From Archangiaceae bacterium (GTDB taxonomy: Bacteria; Myxococcota; Myxococcia; Myxococcales; Myxococcaceae), in the NCBI GenBank assembly GCA_043750125.1, contig JAYVCD010000371.1, positions 1-11,084 of the forward strand: a DNA stretch of 11,084 nucleotides, written 5' to 3'. The translations under genes were made by a program, and so were the position numbers. Positions 1-8,521 of this stretch are shown one piece after another. How positions within the stretch are numbered: the first letter of the stretch is position 1; each line of letters starts with the position of its first letter. The notes under the pieces were generated by a model. It was not told the DNA's origin, made no database searches, and saw only the letters and a program-made list of their open reading frames with translations.

Positions 1-57
1 GCTGCTGCGGTTCGGCGAGTAGTCCACGTCCCTCGACTGCTCTCGGGAAAAACGGAA

Positions 58-1032
58 CTACACCAGCTTCGCAGCGAGCAGATCCTGCACGTCGAGCAGC
101 CCGACCGCGCGGCCTTCGCCATCCACGACGGGAAGCTGATCGACCTGGTGCTCGCGCATGCGCGCGGCAGCGCCGAGGACGAGATCGTCGGGCAGGACGA
201 AGCGCGGATTTTTCCCCATCACCTCTTTGACCTGCACCTTGTAGTCGAGCCGGTTGCGCTCGGCGAGGCGGCGCAGATCTCCGTCGGTGAAGATCCCGAC
301 CAGCCGGCCTTTGGAATCGACGACGTTGGCGGCGCCTGGGCGGCCGCGGGTGTTGGTCATCACGATGACGACCTCGGACAGCCGGGCGGTCTGCTTCACC
401 ACCGGGTGCGCGTCGCCGGCGCGCATCACCTCGTGAACTTTCAGGACGCTGCGGCCGAGCTTCCCGCCGGGGTGGAGCAGCGCGTACTGCTCGGCGGTGA
501 GCTCACGCTGGTGGGCGACGCACATCGCGAGCGCGTCGGTCATCGCGTGCAGCGCGGCGGACGAGGCGGTGGGAATGAGCCCCAGCGGCGAGGCCTCGTC
601 GAGCACTCCGATGTCGAGCAGCAGATCGGCGGCCAGCGCCAGCGGGCTGCGCGGGTCGGAGGTGATCGCGACCAACGTGACGCCGACCCGCTTGAGCGGC
701 GTGAGCAGCACCAGCAGCTCGGACGTGGTGCCGGAGTTCGAGAGCGCGACGACGACATCGCCCTTTCGCACCCGGCCCAGATCGCCGTGCGCGGCTTCTG
801 CGGGGTGGAGGTAGAGGGAGGGCACTCCGACGGAGGCGAGGGTGGCCGAGAGCTTCTGGGCGATGAAGCCGGGCTTGCCCATCGCGGTGACGATGACGTG
901 CCCCCGGCAGCCGAGGATCGCGTCGACCGCCGAGACGAAGTCGTGGTCGAGCCTGCGCTCGAGGGACGCGATGGCGCGGCTTTCGGCGCGGAGGACTTTC
1001 CGGGCGTACGCGAGGGTCGAGCGGGGATTCAC
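58..1032 (-). CDS. kdsD: KpsF/GutQ-family sugar-phosphate isomerase (arabinose-5-phosphate isomerase-like; SIS domain + CBS pair), 324 aa
   Basis: C-terminal part of ORF 58..1689. SIS motifs MGKPGFIAQKLSATLAS, LHPAEAAHGDLG, SNSG and HPGGKLG are followed by CBS domains (GIFTDGDLRR, LPVVD..GLLDVQDLL). Start placed at GTG 1032-1030, which gives the family-typical length; the upstream extension is antisense to tal. Confidence 0.9.
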   Translation of the reverse strand: MNPRSTLAYARKVLRAESRAIASLERRLDHDFVSAVDAILGCRGHVIVTAMGKPGFIAQKLSATLASVGVPSLYLHPAEAAHGDLGRVRKGDVVVALSNSGTTSELLVLLTPLKRVGVTLVAITSDPRSPLALAADLLLDIGVLDEASPLGLIPTASSAALHAMTDALAMCVAHQRELTAEQYALLHPGGKLGRSVLKVHEVMRAGDAHPVVKQTARLSEVVIVMTNTRGRPGAANVVDSKGRLVGIFTDGDLRRLAERNRLDYKVQVKEVMGKNPRFVLPDDLVLGAAARMREHQVDQLPVVDGEGRAVGLLDVQDLLAAKLV

Positions 1033-1069
1033 CGGGTAGGCTTGTAGCCGAAGGCCGCGCGATCCGGGG

Positions 1070-1098
1070 TCGACACGAATGGTGGGCGGGATTAAACG
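1070..1098 (+). promoter_or_regulatory. Putative sigma70-type promoter of tal in the divergent kdsD/tal gap
   Basis: TCGACA (1070-1075), 17 bp, TAAACG (1093-1098), then 6 nt to the ATG. Confidence 0.35.
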
Positions 1099-1104
1099 AC
1101 CCTC

Positions 1105-1755
1105 ATGAAATTCTTCATCGACAGCGCAGACGTGAAGGAAATCCGGGCCGCCCACGCAATGGGGTGTGTCGACGGAGTCACAACCAACCCGTCGCTGCTG
1201 GCGAAGGTCGGCCGGCCGCTGGTCGAGACGATCAAAGAGATCTGCTCGATCGTCGATGGGCCGATCTCGGCCGAGTGCGTCTCGATGAACGCCGACGAGC
1301 TGGTGGTCGAAGGCCGAGGGCTGGCGAAGCTGCACAAGAATGTGGTGGTGAAGGTCCCGATGGGCGTCGAAGGAATGAAGGCGACGAAGATCTTCACCGC
1401 CGAGGGGATCAAGACGAACGTGACGCTCGTCTTCTCGCCCAACCAGGCGCTGCTGTGCGCCAAAGCCGGAGCGACCTACGTCTCGCCCTTCGTCGGCCGG
1501 CTCGACGACATCTCGCAGGACGGAATGGAGATGGTGCGCCAGATTCTCGAGATCTACCGGGCCTACGACTTCAAGACCCAGGTGTTGGTGGCCAGCGTTC
1601 GCCACCCGGTTCACGTGATGACTGCCGCTCGGATGGGGGCCCATGTCGCGACGCTTCCGCTGGCGGTGATTCAGCAGCTGGCGCAGCACCCGCTGACCGA
1701 CGCGGGGATCAAGAAGTTCCTCAGCGACTGGGAAAAAGTGCCGCAGCCCAAATAG
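1105..1755 (+). CDS. tal: Transaldolase (small TalC/FSA-family type), 216 aa
   Basis: [16 protein letters not shown], Schiff-base Lys in [13 protein letters not shown] and ASVRHP. ISAEC (Glu) and SPFVGR (Phe) are the transaldolase-type residues rather than the Gln/Tyr pair of fructose-6-phosphate aldolase. Confidence 0.93.
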   Translation: MKFFIDSADVKEIRAAHAMGCVDGVTTNPSLLAKVGRPLVETIKEICSIVDGPISAECVSMNADELVVEGRGLAKLHKNVVVKVPMGVEGMKATKIFTAEGIKTNVTLVFSPNQALLCAKAGATYVSPFVGRLDDISQDGMEMVRQILEIYRAYDFKTQVLVASVRHPVHVMTAARMGAHVATLPLAVIQQLAQHPLTDAGIKKFLSDWEKVPQPK

Positions 1756-1767
1756 GGTCTTCTCTCC

Positions 1768-2691
1768 ATGCCCAATCGTTCACTCTGGCTCCACTTTGGG
1801 TTGTGCGCGGCGCTCGGCCTGGGCTGCAACCGCGAGGCGTCGGTGCCCCTGGCCACCGCCAACGGCTTCACCATCAGCGCAGATCAGTTTCGGGCCAGCG
1901 TGAACAATCAGTCCCCGGGAGACCGGGGTTTCTATTCGCAGTTGGACAAGAAGCATGAGCTGCTCGAGAAGATGATCGATTTCGAGGTGCTGCTCGCTGA
2001 GGCCCGGCGGCAAGGGCTCGAGCGCAGTCCCGAGATCGTCAGGGCCACGCGCGAGTTGATGGTTCAGCAGCTGTTGCGGGGCAAAGCGGAGCAATACCCC
2101 GGCGGCAAGATTCCCAGCGAGGGTGAGCTCCGGGCCCAGTTCGAGGCCCGCACGGACCGTGAGGCCGTTCCCCAGACCGTTCGAGCGCTGCACCTGTTCC
2201 TCGCCGTGCTTCCCGGCGCCGACCGCCCGAAGCGACGTCTGGAAATCGAGGCGCTGCGGGCTCAGGCGCTGGCGCTGCCGGCGAGCGAAGAGGGCGACCG
2301 GCAATTCGCAGCGCTCGCCCGCCAGCATTCAGATGAGGCTTCCACCGCCGTCGGGGGCGGTGACCTGACCCATCGCACCCACACCCAGCTCGAGTCGTTC
2401 TACTCGCGGGCCGTGGCCGATGGCGCCTTCGCGGTCAAAGAGCTCCATCAGGTTTCCGAAGTGCTCGAGTCCGAGCGCGGTCTGCACCTGTTTCGGTTGC
2501 TCGAGCGGGGGGCTTCCCGGCTGGCGACCTTCGAAGAGTTCCGGGCTTCGCAGGTGGTGCAGGTGGCTCAGAATGTGAGAGATCAGGATCTGCGTGCCTA
2601 CACCCAGGCGCTGCGAAGCAAGGCGAACGTGGTGGTGCGGGAAGAGGAACTCAAACAACTCAATCCGCTTTCCGTCGTGCATCAACCTTGA
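1768..2691 (+). CDS. PpiC/parvulin-type peptidyl-prolyl cis-trans isomerase with PrsA/SurA-like N-domain, predicted lipoprotein, 307 aa
   Basis: Signal peptide ending GLGC (Cys20). Helical chaperone segment LLEKMIDFEVLLAEARRQGL. Parvulin motifs VRALHLFL, FAALARQHSDEASTAVGGGDL and VSEVLESERGLHLFRL. Confidence 0.85.
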   Translation: MPNRSLWLHFGLCAALGLGCNREASVPLATANGFTISADQFRASVNNQSPGDRGFYSQLDKKHELLEKMIDFEVLLAEARRQGLERSPEIVRATRELMVQQLLRGKAEQYPGGKIPSEGELRAQFEARTDREAVPQTVRALHLFLAVLPGADRPKRRLEIEALRAQALALPASEEGDRQFAALARQHSDEASTAVGGGDLTHRTHTQLESFYSRAVADGAFAVKELHQVSEVLESERGLHLFRLLERGASRLATFEEFRASQVVQVAQNVRDQDLRAYTQALRSKANVVVREEELKQLNPLSVVHQP

Positions 2692-2716
2692 CTCGACCGC
2701 CGCACCGCTCAACAAT
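2688..2716 (+). promoter_or_regulatory. Putative sigma70-type promoter for the large lipoprotein
   Basis: TTGACT (2688-2693), a 17-bp spacer and AACAAT (2711-2716), at the start of an AT-rich intergenic region. It overlaps the PPIase stop codon. Confidence 0.45.
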
Positions 2717-2789
2717 TTGAAGGTCTTTAGAAAGCTCTCTGCGCGCGTCGCCAAAGAGTTTTTCAAAACCAACAAGTGAAGGGGGGTCG

Positions 2790-5700
2790 ATGTCCCGAGT
2801 TTTCGCTCGCAGCATCTGCGGTTTCTGTGCGGTCTTGTTCTTCGCGGGCTGCCCGGGAAAAGACACCCCTGTTCCAGAAGTCATCAAGATCACCGCGACC
2901 CCGACGAAGATGCGGGCCGACGGAGTCGCCTCGGCGATGCTTGTCGTCTCTCGCAAAGGCACCCAGGACGTAACCCTTCGGGTGGGTCTGGGGACGTTCA
3001 AAGACACCGGCAACAAGCTGACGGTGGTCGTCGGGGGCTCAGGGTCTGCAGAGCTCATCAGCTGCGACTCGCGCATCATCAACTGCAGCGGGCTGGTCCG
3101 GGTGACGGCCTCGAGCGAAGACGGCGCGTCGGGTGAAGCCTCGGTCGAATTCCAACAACTCGAGCTGTGCAACGACGGCCGGGACAACGACGGGGACGGC
3201 AAAATCGACTGCGCTGACGAAGAGTGTGTCGATCTGGCGTGTGCTCTGCCTTCCACCTCGGTCGGCACTGGCAAATGCAGCGCGACCGGCCTTTGCCTGT
3301 GCTCGACCGGAGTGGTCGAGACCTGCAACGACGGGGTGGACAACAACTGCGATGGGAAGGTCGACTGCGCCGACACGACCTGCGACACGAAGATCTGCAA
3401 GCTTCCAGCGGGAACGAGCGGAAAGTGCGCGGGGACGATGTGCAAGTGTCCGGGGGTCGCCGAGATCTGCGATGACGGCATCGACGACGATTGCGATGGG
3501 CTGGTCGACTGCATGGACCCCGACTGTCAGTCGGTTGGCGGCAACCTCGGGAAAATCTGTGACACCAACTCGCACAGCTGTGGGCCGGCCGACGCGGCAG
3601 GAGCTGCGACCTGCACCGTCTGCGCGGGCGGACAGACGACCGAGACCACCTGCAACGATGGAAAAGACAATGATTGCGATGGAAAGGTCGACTGCTCCGA
3701 CCCCGACTGTGACGCGAAGAGCTGTGCCGCGTTCGGGAAGGTCTGCAACGGTGCCCAGCAGCTGTGTCTGTGTGGCGGCGGCGGCGCCCCCGAAGCGGTC
3801 GAGACGACCTGCAACGATGGCAAGGACAACGACTGTGACGGCACCGTCGACTGCGCGGACACGTCGTGCGTCGGTCCGATTGCGCAGGTGTGCGGGACGT
3901 TTGGAAAGACCTGCCAGGCCCTGAACGTTTGCGGCTGCGGCGCGACGGTCGAGGATTGCAAGACTCCCGGCGATGACAACTGCAACGGCCTGACGAACTG
4001 CGAAGAGATCGCCTGCCGCCCCAGTGGCTCAGGGCTCGGGGCCGCCTGCGACCTCAGTGGACATACGTGTTCGCAGATTCTGGCCGGAGCCTCCTCGTGC
4101 TCTGTCTGCTCTGGAAATGGGGGCCTGGTCGAAGCGGCCGAAGGCAGTACGGGTGGCGCGAGCATGACGTGCGGCGATGGGAAGGACAACGATTGCGACG
4201 GAACCATGTTGCTTCCGTCGACGGACTGCCAAGACCCTGATTGCAATGCCAAGCCCTGCAACCTTTTTGGCAGCGTGTGCTCGGCGAGTTCGAAGGAATG
4301 CCTTTGCCCCACCAATCTCAAGGTTGAAACCGGGCTTTGCGGCGACGGCAAGGACAATGACTGTGATGGGAAGGTCGACTGCGCCGATCTCGACTGTCAG
4401 CCTTTGGGCAATGTCGTGGCTGGCGCCTGCGGGGCCAATGGCTTTGCCTGCACCGCCTCTGGGTCATGCGCCTGCAGCGGCAACGGGGGGTTCGCCGAGC
4501 CAGCGGGCGAGGTCAGTTGCAACGATGGGAAGGACAACGACTGTGACGGCCTGAGTGATTGCGCGGACCCCGATTGCCGGCCGGTCGGAAACAACCCCGG
4601 GAAGGTCTGTGATGTGAAGGGAAACACCTGCTCGAATCCTTCGGGTGGTGTGTCGAGTTGCAACGTCTGCTCAGGCAACGGCGGCCAGCCTCAGACGGCT
4701 GAGTTTTCCTGCGGCGACAATAAGGACAACGACTGCGACGGAAAGGTCGACTGCCAGGATCCTGGTTGCGGTGGGTTGGCGTGTTCTTCTGATGGGAGGC
4801 GCTGTGTCGTCGCGACGGGGTTGTGCGTGTGTCCCGGCCCTGAAGCCGGAGGCGAGACGAGCTGCGGCGATGGGCTCGACAACGACTGTGACGGAAAGGT
4901 CGACTGTGCGGACCCCGACTGTCAACCGATCAACGGAAATCTCGCCAAGGCCTGCTCGACGACTGGCAAGGTCTGCAGCGCCGCGGGAACCTGTGACTGC
5001 TCGGGCAATGGCGGCGTGGCCGAATTGACCGAAGGCGTCTCGTCCGGGGCGACCTGCGGCGACGGCTTCGACAATGACTGCGACGGGGTGATCGACTGCG
5101 CCGATTCGAACTGCCGGCCTGCTCCGCCGGCGACACCGACTGGAAAGAACTGCAGCCAGCCCGTCGCCACACCGCCCACGGTCGGCAAGACCTGCGACGT
5201 GACGGGGGTGTGCATTTGTCCCGGTGGGCAAGCGCAGGAAGCTTCCTGCAGCGACCTTCAGGACAACGACTGCGATGGGCTGGTGGACTGCGCCGACTCG
5301 AATTGCATCGGCCGCAGCTGCTCGGCGAACGGGAAGACCTGCTCTTCGATCTCTCCGACCGGTTGCAGTTGCCCTTCAGGTTTGACCAATGAGGCCAGCA
5401 ACGGCTTGTGCTCGAACGGAATCGACGATGACTGCGACGGTCTGGTCGACTGCCTCGACCCGGACTGCGTCGGCAAGCAGTGCAACACGGGGAACGTGAA
5501 CTACCTGTGCAACAGCGCGACGCCGCCGGTCTGCCAGGATCAGACGTCGCTCTATTCATTGGTGGTGACCGCGACCAGCCCGCGGATTCCTGCCGATGGG
5601 GTGGCGACCACGGTCATCTCGGCCGTTCTCAAGAATGGCACCAGCCCCGTGGCGGGAGTCACCGTGACGTTCGCTGTCAGCGCGGGACCTGGCTCAGTGG

Positions 5701-7283
5701 GCCCGTTGACGGGAATCACCGACGCGACCGGAAAGGCGACCACCGTCTTCACCGCGGGAACGATCGCCTCGTTCTCGACCATCACCGCCAGCTACAGCGG
5801 CGCGAGCGGCTCGACCGCCGTCGAGCAGCCTCGCGTGGGTCAGGTCAAGTTCATCTCGCAGCAGTTCTCGGTGATGGGCGTTCGCTTCTCGAGCTTCCAG
5901 GAAACCAACATTCTGACCTTCCAGGTCCTCGACACGTCCAATGGCACCTACCCCGCGGGGTTGAGTGTCGCCTTCACCCACTCCCCGATCGGCGGTTCTT
6001 TCCTCGGCAGCACGGCCACCTGTTCGGGTGCGCCGCTCAGCTGTACTGCGACCGGTGTGACTGACGGGCAGGGGTTCGTCACCGTGGCGCTGCACTCAGG
6101 AACGGTGGCGAGCGTGGTCTCGGTTCGCGGTGATGCCTCGGCGGGCGGAGGGACGGCGAATGCGACGGCGAGCAACATCGCGATCGTCGGCGCGAAGGCC
6201 AGCGGTCTTCACGTCTCGCTCGATTGCACGCCGAAGAACATTCCGGCGTTCAACAACAACGACTGCACCAATTCCTACGTCAACACCAACATCTCGTGCC
6301 GCGCCGCATTTGCCGATCGATTCAACAACGTGCTCGGAGTTCCCACCCTGGCGACGTTCTCGACCGAGGCCGGCGCCGCTGGGCCTCCAGCCACTACCGC
6401 GTCGGGAGGAATCGCAATTGGCTTCGTGTCGGTCGGGGGCTTTGCGTTGCCTGCCGACGTAGCCCCGTTCGGCAGTGAGGCGAGCCTCACCTACACCAAC
6501 GCCTGCGGAATCAAGACCCACAATCCTCGCGATGGTCTGGTGTCGATCATCGTCTCTGCGATTGGTGAGGAAGGTTTCGTCGACGGGAGCAATGGCTTTC
6601 CGGCCAACGGGATTTACGACCTGGGCGAAAATTTCGTCGACCAGGGCGAACCGTTCGTCGATGTGAACGACAACGGCATTCGAGATGCGAATGAGGCGTA
6701 CGTCGACGCCAACAACAACAATGGATGGGACGGCCCGAACGGGGTCTGGGACGTGAACACCGTGGTGTGGGCTGAGACTCGGGTCATTTACACGGGCGCT
6801 CCTGACACCGGAGCGGGGATCTCCAAGTGGCTGCCGCTGACCGGCTTCTCGCCGCCGTATACCGGCGTCACGAGCTCTCCGTTTACGGTTTCCGGCGGGC
6901 CTCCCCCGACCAGCGAGGCGCTGAGGGTTTATTTCGCAGACTTGAACTTCAATCAGCCCGAGTTCACGACCGCCTATTCGCTCACGGTGGTCACCGGTTC
7001 CTCGTCCGCGGTCTACACGACCAGCCCACTCATCCCCGTCGACAATCTCGGGCTCTCGTTCACTCAGCAGTTCTGCACTTCGGCCGTCGGCGCGCCGCCT
7101 TGTGGCAACACCTGCGCCGCCGCGCCCTGCTACACGGTGGGCGTGGTCGGCAACTACAGCTATGGCACGGTCGGGGTGGTCAACATCACCGGCGGGACCG
7201 TCGCTGGCCCAGTTGAGGTTCGGGCGAATGCGACCTTCAATGGAGTGACGGTTCCCATCTCCAGGTCGGGCACCAACAACTAG
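2790..7283 (+). CDS. Large Cys-rich surface lipoprotein with invasin/Big_1-like Ig domains and 14 DxDCDG metal-binding-type repeats, 1497 aa
   Basis: Long uninterrupted ORF with RBS GAAGGGGGG (2778-2786) and lipobox FFAGC (Cys21). Two xTATxxxxxADGVA Ig-like starts flank the repeat region. The C-terminal region has FVDxNxNGxxD motifs. Function is inferred. Confidence 0.85.
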   Translation: MSRVFARSICGFCAVLFFAGCPGKDTPVPEVIKITATPTKMRADGVASAMLVVSRKGTQDVTLRVGLGTFKDTGNKLTVVVGGSGSAELISCDSRIINCSGLVRVTASSEDGASGEASVEFQQLELCNDGRDNDGDGKIDCADEECVDLACALPSTSVGTGKCSATGLCLCSTGVVETCNDGVDNNCDGKVDCADTTCDTKICKLPAGTSGKCAGTMCKCPGVAEICDDGIDDDCDGLVDCMDPDCQSVGGNLGKICDTNSHSCGPADAAGAATCTVCAGGQTTETTCNDGKDNDCDGKVDCSDPDCDAKSCAAFGKVCNGAQQLCLCGGGGAPEAVETTCNDGKDNDCDGTVDCADTSCVGPIAQVCGTFGKTCQALNVCGCGATVEDCKTPGDDNCNGLTNCEEIACRPSGSGLGAACDLSGHTCSQILAGASSCSVCSGNGGLVEAAEGSTGGASMTCGDGKDNDCDGTMLLPSTDCQDPDCNAKPCNLFGSVCSASSKECLCPTNLKVETGLCGDGKDNDCDGKVDCADLDCQPLGNVVAGACGANGFACTASGSCACSGNGGFAEPAGEVSCNDGKDNDCDGLSDCADPDCRPVGNNPGKVCDVKGNTCSNPSGGVSSCNVCSGNGGQPQTAEFSCGDNKDNDCDGKVDCQDPGCGGLACSSDGRRCVVATGLCVCPGPEAGGETSCGDGLDNDCDGKVDCADPDCQPINGNLAKACSTTGKVCSAAGTCDCSGNGGVAELTEGVSSGATCGDGFDNDCDGVIDCADSNCRPAPPATPTGKNCSQPVATPPTVGKTCDVTGVCICPGGQAQEASCSDLQDNDCDGLVDCADSNCIGRSCSANGKTCSSISPTGCSCPSGLTNEASNGLCSNGIDDDCDGLVDCLDPDCVGKQCNTGNVNYLCNSATPPVCQDQTSLYSLVVTATSPRIPADGVATTVISAVLKNGTSPVAGVTVTFAVSAGPGSVGPLTGITDATGKATTVFTAGTIASFSTITASYSGASGSTAVEQPRVGQVKFISQQFSVMGVRFSSFQETNILTFQVLDTSNGTYPAGLSVAFTHSPIGGSFLGSTATCSGAPLSCTATGVTDGQGFVTVALHSGTVASVVSVRGDASAGGGTANATASNIAIVGAKASGLHVSLDCTPKNIPAFNNNDCTNSYVNTNISCRAAFADRFNNVLGVPTLATFSTEAGAAGPPATTASGGIAIGFVSVGGFALPADVAPFGSEASLTYTNACGIKTHNPRDGLVSIIVSAIGEEGFVDGSNGFPANGIYDLGENFVDQGEPFVDVNDNGIRDANEAYVDANNNNGWDGPNGVWDVNTVVWAETRVIYTGAPDTGAGISKWLPLTGFSPPYTGVTSSPFTVSGGPPPTSEALRVYFADLNFNQPEFTTAYSLTVVTGSSSAVYTTSPLIPVDNLGLSFTQQFCTSAVGAPPCGNTCAAAPCYTVGVVGNYSYGTVGVVNITGGTVAGPVEVRANATFNGVTVPISRSGTNN
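3168..5534 (+). repeat. 14 tandem protein-level repeats, core CxDGxDNDCDGxxDCxDxxC plus a 4-Cys linker
   Basis: Counted in the translation. At DNA level GACAAC/TGACTGC/TGAC/TGG..GGTCGACTG recurs with divergent synonymous sites. Confidence 0.95.
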
Positions 7284-7303
7284 GCGCGCAGGGTCGTCTT
7301 AAC

Positions 7304-7333
7304 GCTGGCCGCGTTGTGGTAGACGCGGCCGGC
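7304..7333. promoter_or_regulatory. GC-rich inverted repeat/hairpin between the lipoprotein and acyl-CoA dehydrogenase genes
   Basis: GGCCGCGT (7307-7314), an 8-nt loop and ACGCGGCC (7323-7330) form a perfect stem, extendable by GCT/GGC with one G-U pair. There is no U-tract. Confidence 0.5.
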
Positions 7334-7335
7334 AC

Positions 7336-8475
<1,140 letters not shown>

Positions 8476-8521
8476 TCGAGGCTTGCTTCGGCGAAGGCTG
8501 ATTTGTATGTCAATGCGAGCG

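Noticed and set aside
1-27. Possible start (GTG at 27, minus strand) of a gene downstream of kdsD
   Set aside because: Only 9 codons are visible and the GAGG-to-start spacing is short, so it cannot be supported.
148-1047. 299-aa plus-strand ORF and other long antisense or alternate-frame ORFs (e.g. 2660..3514, 3527..4357, 7351..8211, 8554..9528, 9332..10186)
   Set aside because: They overlap confident genes and have no recognisable motifs. Such stop-poor shadows are expected in high-GC DNA.
1033-1689. 219-aa N-terminal extension of the kdsD ORF
   Set aside because: Most of it is the antisense shadow of the well-conserved tal gene. Family similarity begins only near 1032.
3600-4680. CxxC motifs as heme-c or Fe-S sites
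   Set aside because: No CxxCH is present. They occupy the CxC linker position in an exported protein with an even Cys count.
3168-5468. Recurring ~30-nt DNA motif as a CRISPR array or DGR-type repeat
   Set aside because: Copies vary at synonymous positions, spacing is long and irregular, all lie in frame inside a CDS, and no cas or reverse transcriptase gene is present.
1756-7335. PPIase-lipoprotein pair as a mobile island
   Set aside because: No integrase, transposase, terminal repeats or target duplication is visible, and any codon-usage difference could not be quantified by eye.
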